Positions 36,476 through 49,969 of a DNA stretch of 64,000 nucleotides are shown piece by piece. Numbering within the stretch: position 1 is the stretch's first letter; every line of letters begins with the position of its first letter. The stretch comes from Eledone cirrhosa. Taxonomy: Eukaryota. The stretch lies in NCBI GenBank assembly GCA_964016885.1, contig OZ024749.1, positions 41,912,001 to 41,976,000 on the forward strand. Direction: 5' to 3'. Below the pieces are notes generated by a model. The model saw nothing but the letters and a program-made list of their open reading frames with translations, searched no databases and was not told the origin of the DNA. Both the position numbers and the translations under genes were made by a program.

Positions 36476-36691
36476 CATATATATATAAATATATATATAT
36501 TTATGTGTATGTGTGTGTATGTCTATGTCTGTATGGTGTATAAAGAGAGGGTGAGTGAGTGAGAGTGAGTGGGAGAAAGTGAGGAATTTGTTACTTGGGT
36601 GGAACTATTTAGGGAAATGTGAATGAAATTAGAATTAGCCTGAGAACATGTTGGCAACTTTAGGAAACTGGTTGGAAAATATGAAAAGGAC

Positions 36692-36724
<33 letters not shown>

Positions 36725-37624
36725 TGTATGTATGTATGTATGTATGTATGTATGTATGTATGTATGTATGTATGTATGTATGTATGTATGTATGTATGTA
36801 TGTATGTATGTTTTCTCTTTCTCTTAATTTCGAGTATATTTTTTTGACCGGCCACCTTCCTGGTGGCAAGGTTGTAAAAGAAAAGAAATTGTCATCCCTT
36901 GAATCGCAAGAATGTTTTGCAAATTTTGAAGGTGCCAGCTATCGCAGCCATTTGTAGACTATGAATTAGGGAGCTGTATGTATGTATGTATGTATGCATG
37001 CATGCGTGCATGCATGCATGCATGCGTGCATGCATGCATGTATGTATGCATGCATGTATGTATGTATGTATGTATGTATGTATGTATGTATGTATGTATG
37101 TATGTATGTATGTATGTGATTTGAACTCTCAGAAATGATGCAGAGCATATACCACTGAGACAAAGAAATGCCAATGCTGTACAGCAGAGAAGTTGTACAT
37201 ATGGGGCAAGTTAAACACAGATTTTGGTAACTTTGTAAATAGCAGGGCAGAGGGAAAAGTCCACCTACATTAGACTAACACTTAACTTGGTGTGTATTGG
37301 AAGCTCTCCAATCAAAATAGTGACTCACATTACTTATTTTCATATAATCTAGATATAAACACGACAGACACACCATATTACATTATATATCCTCCTCCTC
37401 CTCCTCCTCCTCTTCCTCCTCCTCCTCATCATCATCATCATCATCATCACTACCATTATCATCCTTATTTAACACCTGCTTTTCCCACTAGCATATACAT
37501 ATATATATATATGCAAAGTTTTATTTAAATTGTTGGGTTACAACGAGTAAATATTTATAACTGATATAAAAGCACTCAACAAGTATTTGGAGTAGATATA
37601 CGATATATTAACAAATGGAAACTA

Positions 37625-37731
37625 TATTTATAAAACCATATTTATTTCATTATATATATTTCAGGGATATCATATTAAAAATATGGTATGCCTTCATCAG
37701 ACAAAATACAATATAAACAGTCTTATAAATA
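37625..37731 (-). ncRNA. Type I hammerhead ribozyme in PLE 3' pLTR
   Basis: Reverse strand reads CTGATGA-(AGG..CCT stem II)-GAAA-TATATA-TA with a long stem I. Confidence 0.7.
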
Positions 37732-39079
37732 GATAGATTTGACATACCTTACACTTCAACTTCCATTTAAAAAGTTGATTTGGTAGTGAAAAATGTTAGG
37801 GACAGTTATATAAAAAAAAAAAAAAAAAAAAAGAAAGAAAGAAAGAAAGAAAGCGAAGAAAAAGAAGAAATGCATGCAACGAAAAACAGAGAGAGATAGA
37901 TATAGAGAGATAGATAAAGAGAAGAAATACATGTAAAGAAAAAACAGAGAGAGATAGATAGAGAGAGAAAAACAGAGGGAGATTGATAGAGAGAGAGAGA
38001 GAGAGAGAAAAGAGAGAGAGAGAGAAAAAATAGAGAGAGATAGATATAGATAGAGATAGAGAGAGAGAAAATAGGTAGTTGGGCACCAGTTGAATGACGT
38101 ATCAATGATATATTTATTTATTTAGTTCTAGTATTAAGGTAGAGAGAGATATATGTGGTTAGGAGAGAAAACAGCCGTTACATAGAGAGAAAAGAAAAAT
38201 ATCCAGAGATAAACGAGGCCGATTTAAAACATTATGTTTCATCAATCTAAAATATCAATTCGTATGAATTAGGTATTATAATGTAAATATCAGTATTCAT
38301 GAATGAGACACGTATCAATAAAGTGTGAAAAATAATGATCATATGTCTAGTTTAAAATTCCTAGGTTTATAATCAGAACTGAGATAAAAAAACTGAGATA
38401 AAAAACTTCAAAAAAATTGAAATACATAAGTATATATGCACTTTCATGAAAAAAGAAAAAGAAAATAGAAGGTTATCCCAGATTCGATACTATAAACATC
38501 CATGTGAATTTACGTGATCAACTCTGCACATTCCTATTTCACATGAAAACATTCTCATTGTGCTATAAAAATTCTAGTATACATATATGTGTACATACAC
38601 GCAAAATATATATAGAATCTACATTAATTTTAACAATAATATTCTTGTCTTTACTCTGCATGATTATCGTTCAAGCATAAAATAGACAACAGATATCAAT
38701 ATATCAATAAAAATATTAAAAATATTAAAAAATAAAACACAGTATGCCCCGCAAATCAACCACAGAAATCTACCCTTCAAATTTAATTGACAATATATTG
38801 CCAAGTTCATTATAAGCATCAGAATCAAAAGCAAACAAAACCAAAATTATTCACCAAATCCTGTCTAGCAGAAATCATTCCAAAAGTTTAGGATACCCAT
38901 TTGATCTACAGATGGTCTTATATTTATTATAGAAGTTTATCTAGTGTAAAATTTATTCGATATATTTGGAGCATCATCTTTTAGGGTAGTTTAATTATTC
39001 ATGAAGAATGTTTAAAAAAAAGAAATCGAAAGATTTATCGGCGAGTTTCATAAATAATTACAAATCATAAGTAAATATA

Positions 39080-41304
39080 CTACATTTTAAATTTATATTT
39101 ATATTTAAAAGTTGAGTTCAATCTATGTCTGCAGCAACTGAATAAATTTGTCCGTAAATTAAGGGAATTTTTAGATTTTAGTATAAAGAATATCTCCTCC
39201 GCGCAGAGGTCACATGTCTCAGAAGATGAATTAAAAGGAATCCCTCTTGAGACTATATTCCAAGCCGTCGAATATCCAACGTTATCATGCTTAAGTTGCC
39301 AGAGTAAGCCTGATAGTGATGTTGAAGATTTTTTGCTTGGATCTGTGAAAGAATTCTTGTGGTTATTATAGCGAAGTTTAAATTCTGTCGAGGTGGAACC
39401 AACATAGTTAAAAGAATTTAAGTCCGTTTTAACATTACAGTTGTATATTATATTTTTAACTAAGCAATTGTTATTTAACGGACATTTAGATCTATCTCTA
39501 CAGTTACATTTGTTTACTTGGATATTATTTAGGCTATTATCGGTATTTTGGCTAGGTTTTAAATTCCTATTATTTATTCTATTAATATTTTGTGCTAAAT
39601 TTTTGGTGGATGAGTAGGTTAATTTTATAGTATGTCTATTGAAAATTGAGTGATACTTATGTGTTCTAGGGAAGCGATTATCAAGAGCATTAAAAAATAG
39701 TTTAGCGATGTGGGTTTTAATGTTTAGTGAGAAAGGGGGGGCAAACCATATTATATTTCTAGTTCTATTTCTTTTTTGGCTTTTGGAATTATTATAATGC
39801 TTTCTATTATAGTTGTTAAAGTTGTTGCCGTAATTAAAATTGTTGTTATTTTGGTTAGTTTGTCTATTATTATCTATGTACATAATTTTATCACTATATC
39901 CTGCTCTAGCTAACGCTTCATTGTAATACTGGGCTTTTTCGTCGAAAATCTTTTTATTAGATGATATTCTAGAGATACGTTTTTGAACAGAGTTCACTAT
40001 AGTATTTTTAACAGATCTGGGGTGGTTAGAGTTAAAACTGACATAGTTTAAGTTTTCATTCAACTTGTGAAATGGATAGTGAAGACATGTGTTGAGATTT
40101 AATGTTACATCTAGGAAATTGACTATTCTATGGTTATTCTCAATTTCTATTTTTAGATTAAAGTAATTAAAAAATTGTGTAATTTGTTTTCTTTTTCTAT
40201 TTAGTTCAGAGTTATTATTTTCAATAAGTAAAAGCATGTCATCTCTATATAATCCTCCGGTAACACCGGGTATTTTCCTATGCAGCGAATTGATTATAAA
40301 TAGGCCCACAAGGTCCGTTACCTGAGCTGAGTCGGATGATCCCATAGTAATGTCGAAATTGTTATCTCTATCTGCTCTGGTCCATAGTTGGTTATTAAAT
40401 TCTATCAATGTTTTCCTAGCCGATAATATAATGTGCATTTCATTGCTAGTTAGGTCTGTATGTTTGAATGCGTAATTTAGTGCCTTATTTAGTAGATTAG
40501 GGGTAATAGATGAATAATAGTTAGCAATATCTAGTTGAATAAATTTATTATTATTGTTATATTTAATTTCTTTAAACCACTCAATAACCTCTCCAGTTCC
40601 CTTCCACAAGCTCAAGTTAGGTAAACAATTCAAGTTTTTAATTTGCTGTATCACCCTGTCTAGAATGTTTTTGCTAAGTTTACCCAGGTCAGATTTTGAT
40701 GGTGCAATCAATCTGACTGGCAGGTCATTTTCAAAATTTCTTTTGTGATCTTTCATATTGATCTTGGGTTTCCTGGGCACGAAAGGTTGTGTTTTGTTCT
40801 CAATTTCCAACTCATGCATTATACAAGATGCCTCAGCATTCATTTTCTCAAGTTCGGCCTTATCAGCTACCTTGTACTTTTTCCTCAGTTCTTTCAGTAT
40901 GAGGCCATTATACATGTCTTTTTGCACTCCATAGAGGTTGTTGGTCTTGTCAGATTTCACCAAGATCTTCTCAGTTCTCTCTAAGCTCTCAATATTATCC
41001 TTAATGCCTTTCAGATATTCCTGGCTTTTTTGAAGTTTCTCTTGAATTTGACTCCTTGTATGATAGAAATTATATCGTTTTCAAAGTCAATTAAAAGTTT
41101 GTTGGGGGGTGGATTTTTTTTAGATTTGAAAACTTTGTCTAAGTCCGAGACATTTTCATTTATATTAGATTTATCAAAGTGGAATGCACGCCACCTGATT
41201 CTCCTTATAAAAGAGTCCGATTTATCTATTAATTGTTTAATAAAGTCTTTGTTTCTAGGTAGAGGTATGTCTTTTAAAGAGGAAGAAATCTTAAAGAATT
41301 CCAT
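39080..41304 (-). CDS. PLE reverse transcriptase + GIY-YIG endonuclease, split by a single 1-nt frameshift
   Basis: ORFs 41011-41304 and 39080-40963 are joined by adding one base in the A6 run at 41026-41031. Motifs: KSDKTNN, LDIANYYSSI, TMGSSDS, YRDD, FLDV, CNC..CPL..C, IIY..YVG, RYNNH, CDLC..E, CRH. Confidence 0.88.
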
Positions 41305-41464
41305 TTTTTCAGTTATAATATAAAGCGCTCAACAGTATTGGAGCAAGATATATGCAAAGTTTTATTTAAATTGTTGGGTTACAACGAGTAAATATTTATA
41401 ACTGATATAAAAGCACTCAACAAGTATTTGGAGTATATTTACGATATTAAATAAATGGAAACTA

Positions 41465-41571
41465 TATTTATAAAACCATATTTATTTCATTATATATATT
41501 TCAGGGATATCATATTAAAAATATGGTATGCCTTCATCAGACAAAATACAATATAAACAGTCTTATAAATA
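41465..41571 (-). ncRNA. Type I hammerhead ribozyme in PLE 5' direct pLTR
   Basis: Same sequence as 37625-37731, offset 3840 nt. Confidence 0.7.
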
Positions 41572-41932
41572 GATAGATTTGACATACCTTACACTTCAAC
41601 TTCCATTTAAAAAGTTGATTTGGTAGTGAAAAATGAATACTGATATTTACATTATAATACCTAATTCATACGAATTGATATTTTAGATTGATGAAACATA
41701 ATGTTTTAAATCTGCCTCGTTTATCTCTGGATATTTTTCTTTTCTCTCTATGTAACGGCTGTTTTCTCTCCTAACCACATATATCTCTCTCTACCTTAAT
41801 ACTAGAACTAAATAAATAAATAAATAAATAAATATATCATTGATACGTCATTCAACTGGTGCCCAACTACCTATTTTCTCTCTCTCCATCTCTATCTCTA
41901 TCTATCTCTCTCTATTTTTTCTCTCTCTCTCT

Positions 41933-41981
<49 letters not shown>

Positions 41982-42228
41982 CTGTTTTTCTCTCTCTATC
42001 TATCTCTCTCTGTTTTTTCTTTACATGTATTTCTTCTCTTTATCTATCTCTCTATATCTATCTCTCTCTGTTTTTCGTTGCATGCATTTCTTCTTTTTCT
42101 TCGCTTTCTTTCTTTCTTTCTTTCTTTTTTTTTCTTTTTTTTTTTTCTCTATAACTGTCCCTAACATTTTTCACTACCAAATCAACTTTTTAAATGGAAG
42201 TTGAAGTGTAAGGTATGTCAAATCTATC

Positions 42229-42335
42229 TATTTATAAGACTGTTTATATTGTATTTTGTCTGATGAAGGCATACCATATTTTTAATATGATATCCCTGAA
42301 ATATATATAATGAAATAAATATGGTTTTATAAATA
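42229..42335 (+). ncRNA. Type I hammerhead ribozyme in PLE inverted pLTR
   Basis: CTGATGA at 42260-42266, GAAA at 42298-42301, palindromic TATATA, cleavage after ATA. Flanks tatttataagactg..tattttgt / atgaaata..ggttttataaata pair. Confidence 0.7.
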
Positions 42336-42525
42336 TAGTTTTTATTTATTTAATATCATATATATATATATATATTTATTTTTATTTAAAAAAAATTTTT
42401 TTACTCTATAAAAAAAAATGTATTCTTCCCCCCCCCCCCCACCTCCTTTTTAAAAATCATTTCTTTAATGTCTTTCGACCACTCCCCCACACACCCTCGG
42501 AACTCACTTCCTACCCACTTTTCTC

Positions 42526-42556
42526 CTGATGAAGGGCTTATGCTCGAAACGCCGTC
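42526..42556 (+). ncRNA. Hammerhead core remnant lacking stem I
   Basis: CTGATGA-AGGGC TTAT GCTC-GAAA-CGCC-GTC; the flanks do not pair. Confidence 0.4.
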
Positions 42557-42846
42557 CCCCACCCCCCCACTCTCAAGCGTGAAACTAATAATTGTTTCTA
42601 CTTTAGGTACAAGGCCAGCAATTACCCAGTACATTACTGGTACTTTATTTTATCGACCCCATAAGGTAGAAAGGCAAAGTTAACCTCGGCTGGATTTGAG
42701 CTCAGACTGTAAAGGGACGTAACTGCGCTAGAAAGCATGGCGTCCAACCCTCTACCGATACTGCCAATTTACCGTCTAATAATAATATTTGTACTGCCTC
42801 TTCGCCTCCATGTTTTTTTGTTTTTTTTGTTTTCTGTTTACTTTTT

Positions 42847-42890
<44 letters not shown>

Positions 42891-43864
42891 AGTATATAAT
42901 TAAAGTAAGTGTTCGAACAGCTGACCCCATACATTGTGAAGCTTTATCGAGAACAGAATAACAAACATGTCAACGCAAGTAGGCATTGATTTCTGTACAA
43001 GAATTCACTATCCTTGCTTTAATCCTTTACCATTTATGTTACTCTCTATATATTATTGTATTTTTGTGGTAAAGGCTTTATCTTACATAATTATCTGAAA
43101 TAATATCGAATCTATGAGATTTTGTTGTTATTTATTTTGAGAACAATACATTAATGTCAGTATGAGCAGCCAGTTACAGCCAGTTTGAACAGAAAGATGT
43201 GAGCGAATTCTGGCCAGATATGGCCGGTTTAACCCTTTAGCATTTAAACCGGCCATAATTCTCTCACCTCTTTCTGTTCAAACCGGACGTAACCAGTTCC
43301 TATTACTTATGTTAAAGTATTGTTCTCAAAATAAATAATATCAAAATCTCATAGATTCGATATTATGTGTTTTAAAGTATTTACCATGAAAATACAATAG
43401 TAAATATAGATTAATATAAATGCTAAAGGGAAAGCTGCTGAACACTTCTCAGTTTTTCAGTATAGACTGAACTCTTCAGTACACCCGAAAGAAAAATGTC
43501 AAGAGGTGTTAGATCAGGAGATCGCGGAGGATTATCGATAGGACCATGGTGCCTAATCGATCTGAATGAGAAGTGTTCATCAAGCTAAATACATACAATA
43601 CTGTAACGAGGATGTGTGTTGTCTTCCTAGAACCACATCTCATGAGCATGTGGCCATTTCGTAAAATTTGTCAGTAAATTGCTGTTGAGTACAAAACATG
43701 GCTAATCATACACAAATAAGCAGATGTTTAAAAAGTTATCTGTGAAAAAGTTATCGGTGAACCTTGATAAAAAAAATGCAAGTTGCTAAATATTCGGCCA
43801 CCTTCCTGTCTCTGCTTTTCAGCCCCATGGATTTTGTCTATTATATTCCTTTGTTAAATTTTGA

Positions 43865-43922
43865 ATACCTGATGATGTCACCGGATTCATACTGAACCCG
43901 GTCACTGAAATGATCATAGTGT
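43865..43922 (+). ncRNA. Hammerhead ribozyme at the 3' end of a probable PLE remnant
   Basis: ATAC-CTGATGA-TGTCACCGGATTCA TAC TGAACCCGGTCACT-GAAA-TGATCA-TA-GTGT, followed by AATAAA and then (AT)n. Confidence 0.68.
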
Positions 43923-43970
43923 AATAAACCTTTTAAGGAATTACACCAGTCGAGTCTCCTGTTATTTTAT

Positions 43971-44043
<73 letters not shown>

Positions 44044-45615
44044 CTCATTGACAAAAACCAAAAGCAAAATGTGGTATACTCCGGAAGTAATTAGTCTAAA
44101 TCTGTCAACACAATAGATTCAAAATCTTTGAAAATGACAAATATTTACTGCGACACAGCAAAACTCGAATTCTAATGAAATTTAGGCTACCATTTTGAAC
44201 TTGAGTGGGAAATTGTTCTAACCAGAACAAAAACTATTTTTCTAAATAAAATGATGATGAAATCGATGTAAAAAATATATAATTGCTTCTATTTTGGGTA
44301 CAAGCCAAAAAATTTGAAGGGAAGCGGAAAGTTGGTGAAATGGACCTCAGCATGTTGCTGGTTCTTTATTCTTTTTTTTTTTATCCTGCAAAGGTGAAAG
44401 ACAAAGTTGACCTTGGCTGGGATTTGAATAATAATAATTGTTTCTACTTTTGGTACAAGGCCAGCAATTTAAAGGGAAGGGGAAAGTAAATTAAATTGAC
44501 CTCAGTGCAATACTGGTGCTTTATTTTATCAACCCTGTAAGGATGAAAGGCAAAGCTAACCTCGGCGGGATTCAAATTCAGAATGTAAAGGGCCATAACT
44601 ATCCCCTACAAAGCATGTTGTTTGATGCTCTAACAATACGGCCAATCCAGTTTCTACTTTTGGCAAAAGGTCAGCAATTTGAAGGGAAACTGGACATAAG
44701 AAAGGTCAGATGCAATGTGCAGGAGAGGAGGCTCTAGCAGTATGGACATGCATCTGATGCATATGGAATATGGCAGCTGCATAAAAAAGAGCAGGGTTTT
44801 CAAAGTTGAAGGAAACTATGGAAGAAAAAGATTAAGGAAAACTTGGGATGATGTGATGAAAGCTGACCTCATGCAATTAAATCTCAGGAAAGACATGATG
44901 CAAGTTTGAGTTGACTAGTGACATGCCATACTACAAAGGACTTGTCTTCTCACACTCACAGGATGATAAAAACATGAAGAAGATAGTAGTGAAGAGGTGG
45001 AGAAGTAGAGCATATGAACAAGACATGATCACCTGGTCTGTCTGGTTTCATAATGTGACAGCCTAACTCATTCAAGCATCAATATCATTCATCCACCGCC
45101 ACCATAAAGATGAAACCATTTCATTACCATATTTCTAATTAAAACAGGTTATAAGGACACTTACAGTATGTGTGTCAACTCCACCACCACCACCACCACT
45201 ATCATCACTGTCACCACCGTCATCACCACCCCCACCGTCACCACCACTATCACCACAACTACTGCTTTGTTTTGATAACTAAGTCAAAGTTAAGAAGAAA
45301 ATCAAAATTAAACAATCAGAACCCCCCCCCCCCACACACACACACACACACTTCACATTACCCCACCCTACCGTCCATCGTCCCATCCACCATTATCAAC
45401 CATCTATTTTATAAGCAGCCGACACACGACAACACGTGTGAGTTTGAGTTCCTTCCTGGCTTCTGTTGACATCTTGTTTTTTTCGTCTTTAACAGATGTC
45501 TATCATCTGGGTTAGTTGGTCGTCTGCAGGGGCGATTTATAAAAGAAAAAAACTTGCATGGGGTCCCTGGCTGAAAATATATTTCGTTGGACCCCCTTAT
45601 TTCGTATAATACATG

Positions 45616-45676
<61 letters not shown>

Positions 45677-46736
45677 ATGTATGTATATATATACAGTCCA
45701 GAATTAGCCGTCGAAACGGCTTGAGCTCTGCCGTCGGGGTCATACTTGTTCCTATATATATATATATGGTTGTTGTCCCATATGTATAGTGTTGTTGTTG
45801 TTGTTGTTGTTAGTGGTAGTGTTGTTAGTGTTGTTGTGTTGTTAGTGTTGTTGTGTAGTGTTGTTAGTGGTAGTGTTGTTATTGTTGTTGTTGTTGTTAG
45901 TGTTGTTGATGATGTTGTTATTGATGTGGGTGTTGTGGTTGGTGTTGTTGTTAGTTGTTGATGTTATTATTGATGTTATTGTTGTGGGTGTTATTGTTAT
46001 TGCTGTTGTTGATGTTGTCGTAGTTATTATTATTGCTGTAGTTGTTGTTGTCGTTGTTGGTGGTGTTGTTGTCGTCTTCATCGTTGTTGTCATTATTGTT
46101 GTTGTTGTCGTTGTCGCCATCGTTGTTGTCATTATTGTTGTTGTTCTTGTCGTTGTTGATGGTGTTGTCGTCATTATTGCAGTATCGGTAGAGCGTCAGA
46201 CACCATGCTTTGCAGCATAGAGTTATGGCTCTTTACATTCTGAGTTCAAATCCCGTCGAGGTTAACTTTGCCTTTCATCCTTACGGGGTCGATAAAATAA
46301 AGTACCAGTAATGCACTGGGATAGTTGCTGGCCTTGTGCCAAAAGTAGAAACAATTATTGTTGTTGTTGTTTTTTCTATTCTTTGTACTTATTCTTTTAC
46401 AAAAGCCTTTGAAATTCTGCCATTTTCAAGGGAATTGAATTAGTCAACCATTTTCATGTAAACATATTAAAATATATAAATAAATAATACAATAATAAAC
46501 AAGAAACAAAAAAAAACATGTAAAGAAGAAAATAGAAACGTGGAGATGACGTCTTAATTTGTTTTTCCTTTTCCTTTTTTTATGTAACATTTTTGGTTAA
46601 ATTGAAATACGCACAGAATTGAGTAAACACATATCCCCCTCCACCCCGTTACGACCTCACTCCACGTCATATACACCCTCCCACCAGAGGTGGTAGAACA
46701 GCAGATAAACAGGTAGGTACACATGCACCCGTCCCC

Positions 46737-46769
<33 letters not shown>

Positions 46770-46792
46770 TGATACATGCATACATACATTCA

Positions 46793-46838
<46 letters not shown>

Positions 46839-46863
46839 CAATCTGGTCTTCTGTTGTCGTTTA

Positions 46864-46899
<36 letters not shown>

Positions 46900-47084
46900 A
46901 TACATAAATACATACACGGTGTCCCCAAAAATATATACACACTTCAACAGCATTCTAATAAATATGTGTATACATTTTTGGAGGACATCCTGTATATACA
47001 TTCACACATACAGACAAACTAGATATCATTAGATTTTTGTCTGTATTTTTTAAGTGCTAACTCTGCTAAGGCTGAAATGAAACT

Positions 47085-47292
47085 AGGGCGGTGGATTGGC
47101 AATAGGGCTGTGGATTGGCAGTATCGGTAGAGGGTCGGACGCCATGCTTTCCAGCATAGTTACGTCCCTTTATGATCTGAGTTCAAATCCCGCCGAGGTT
47201 GACTTTGCCTTTCATCCTTACGGGGTCGATAAAATAAAGTTCCAGTAATGCACTGGATGATTGCTGGCCTTGTGCCTAAAGTAGAAACAATT
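47085..47292 (+). mobile_element. tRNA-derived SINE family B (representative copy)
   Basis: tggcagtatcggtaga..gagttcaaatcccgccgaggt..gcctttcatccttacggggtcgataaaataaagtaccag core. Copies at about 9823, 9968, 10190(-), 14075(-), 24560(-), 28258(-), 42588(-), 44280-44690(-), 46178 and 47788. Confidence 0.82.
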
Positions 47293-48324
47293 ATATATAT
47301 AATGTTATATATATAATATATACATACATAGATGTTTAATTTTAAAATAAAATTTTGTAGCCTTTCAGTTCCATATCAAGGGCGTGGATGGATGTTTATT
47401 AACCAAAAGCACTAAACAAGCCCTGTGGTTGATTCCATCGACAGTACCACCTTCCCATTCAAGCATCCGCCTATACCACCTACACTGTAAAGAATTTGGC
47501 AGAATTACTAAAAAATTTAGAAAGTTAATACTTTCTATAACAAACTACCCCAAAGCTGTCTCTCGTTCTACAATACAAAACTTTGTATTTTAAAGTCTTT
47601 ATATTTGTCTAGGCAAGGAGAGCGCAAGCATGGACAGCCTGTCACAAACTAAAAATCTGGCACTCCAAATTGCCTTGAAGGATCAAAATCAAACTGTTCC
47701 TTGCACTGTTGAATCCTGTGGTGACTTCTGTATAGGCATTGCAGAACTGCAGTCCCTCCTAATTTCACTCGATATTATCGATAACATTTCTGAGTTCAAA
47801 TCCCACCGAGGTTAACTTTGCCTTTCATTCTTATGGGGTCGATAAAATAAATCACCAGTAATGCACTGGGGTCGATTTAATCGACTTTTTCCTCTCCCCC
47901 AAATTGCTGGCCTCGTGCCTAAATCAGAAACCATTATTGATAACATTCAATATAATGAGTCGTTTTTTTCTTTAATTCTTTCTTTAAACTTGTACATTAT
48001 ATAATCCTTAAACTTAATATCAGTAGCTAATCCCTCGTTCATGAAAAACTACAAAAATACTTCTAAGGAACTTTGCTTCACAGTTTCAGTGATACGGTGT
48101 TAGGCTGCTGTGTGCATGAAGCTGAACGTGGGTTAGAGAGAGCGCGTGTTGACCCTATTCTCCAAGTGTGAGATCATGTTTATCTTTGACTCAGCGTGTA
48201 CCATATTCTTGAATGTGATAAATGGTAGATGATTATCATACTTCCAGCTATTCTTTTTAATTCATAGTCTTTTTTGTTCGGTTGTTTTATTGTATAGAAA
48301 ATTTAAGTAATTTTCTATACAATA

Positions 48325-49090
48325 ATGACCTTGCATCCCAAAGAAATAAGTTATGTGACAGTAAGTGAACTTCAACAGCTCAAATGTTCACAGTTGTCTC
48401 TCCATGAGAAAGTTACAGTTAAGAAAAGAGGCCGTTCAACTCCTGATATTTAAATATCAGAAAAAAACTGAAAAACATGACAAGTCAAAGAAGCATGTTG
48501 AAAATGTGGTTTCACTGTCACTTTAGGAAACATAAATATTAACAAGAAACTTATTGAGGCATACAGATTTTCAACCAATGAGCATAACATGTAGGTTAAA
48601 ATGAACCGTGAAATTTTATCTAAAATAATAGACTACATTTTATTTTGTGGAAAGATTGAAACTCCCTTATGTGGACATGGTGAAAAAGATGATTCAGTAA
48701 ATCCAGGGGTGTTTAGAGAATTAATAAATTTTGCATCTAAATTAGATCTAGATTTGAAGAATCACTTAGAAACCAGTAAGGTCTTCAAAAGTGTTTTTAA
48801 GTCAACTCAAAATAAGATACTTGACTGCCTACTACAAATATACCATGAGGAGATAAAAACAGAAATTAGAGAAGCTTCAAATTAGTGATGGCATAACAGA
48901 TGTTTCGGAACACACTCAAATGGTTATTGTTCTATGGTACATGTTGAATGATGAAATATTTGAGTGTTTTGGGGTATTCGTTATTCCAGAAAATCAAATT
49001 GCAGATGGCATATCAAAACGTATTCTAGAACAATCAGATATAATCCTTCAAGGAAATGGACAAAAACTGATAGCTCAGACATTTGATGGT
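48325..49090 (+). pseudogene. hAT transposase remnant (ZMYM1/DUF4371-like)
   Basis: NREILSKIID..PLCGH.E..NPGVFREL..QNKIL..TDVS..QMVIVL.Y..AQTFDG with stops, frameshifts and deletions. Confidence 0.8.
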
Positions 49091-49969
49091 AAAAGTGACC
49101 AGCAGCCGTTACTGAGAAACAAATTTTGTGTATCTCAAAACTGTTTATTTTAAAGTGTTCATATTTATTTAAAATATTTCATCATAATTTTATCTAAAAA
49201 CCTTTGTGATATTATGTTCCTATTTGAAATATGGTAACGGAAGGGTTAAAGACCAAGAAATCCTTAATTAGAAAGAAAAAGAGAATTGGAAGCAACAATA
49301 ACAACAACAGCTAACTCTTAGATACCTCTATCAGGGTTTACTTAGTGGCAGACATTCAGGCCAGATCCCCTGTCTGAGGATAACCTTGACTTATCATTCA
49401 CAGGCTCTGTGATATAGGCCATGGATAATGGATAATTGAAATTTAATTATTAAAAACAGAAACCATATATGTATTCTGCAATGGCTGTTATCAAGAAGTA
49501 AGTTTACACGAGATGTTATTTACATGATGGCAGCAAAAATGATGGAGGTCAAGAAAGATGTTTGTAGTGACGAAAGCAAAGTTTGTTTACAGAGTGCACC
49601 AAATTACCAGTCAGATAAACTTGATAAACAAAAAGTAAATTATTTTATTCATTTATTGCTTGAAAGCAAACTTTAGGAATTCTGTGGTTTAGGGATGTGG
49701 TTTATGTGGGTTTGGCAATTGATAAGAAGATGGGGGAAAACCTGAACATTTTGAGGGCTAAAGTTAGCAACATTAATAAATTTGTGGATCTGTTCACATA
49801 TGTATGTATGTAAAAAAATCTTTGCACACAGGCATTGCACGATGGAATTAATTAATAATTACTAATAATGGTATATCATGCAATGGCCTTACTCAATAAT
49901 GCAGAGGCAGCCATCATGTATGTATGTATATATGTATGTACGTACGTTTGTATGTATATATGTATGTAT

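Larger units (their letters stand above)
37508..42358 (-). mobile_element. Near-complete Penelope-like retroelement (PLE) with direct and inverted pseudo-LTRs
   Basis: RT-GIY-YIG ORF 39080-41304. Direct repeat 37508-37795 / 41348-41635. 41633-42358 is an inverted copy of about 37600-38300. The 3' end abuts (TA)n. Confidence 0.92.
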
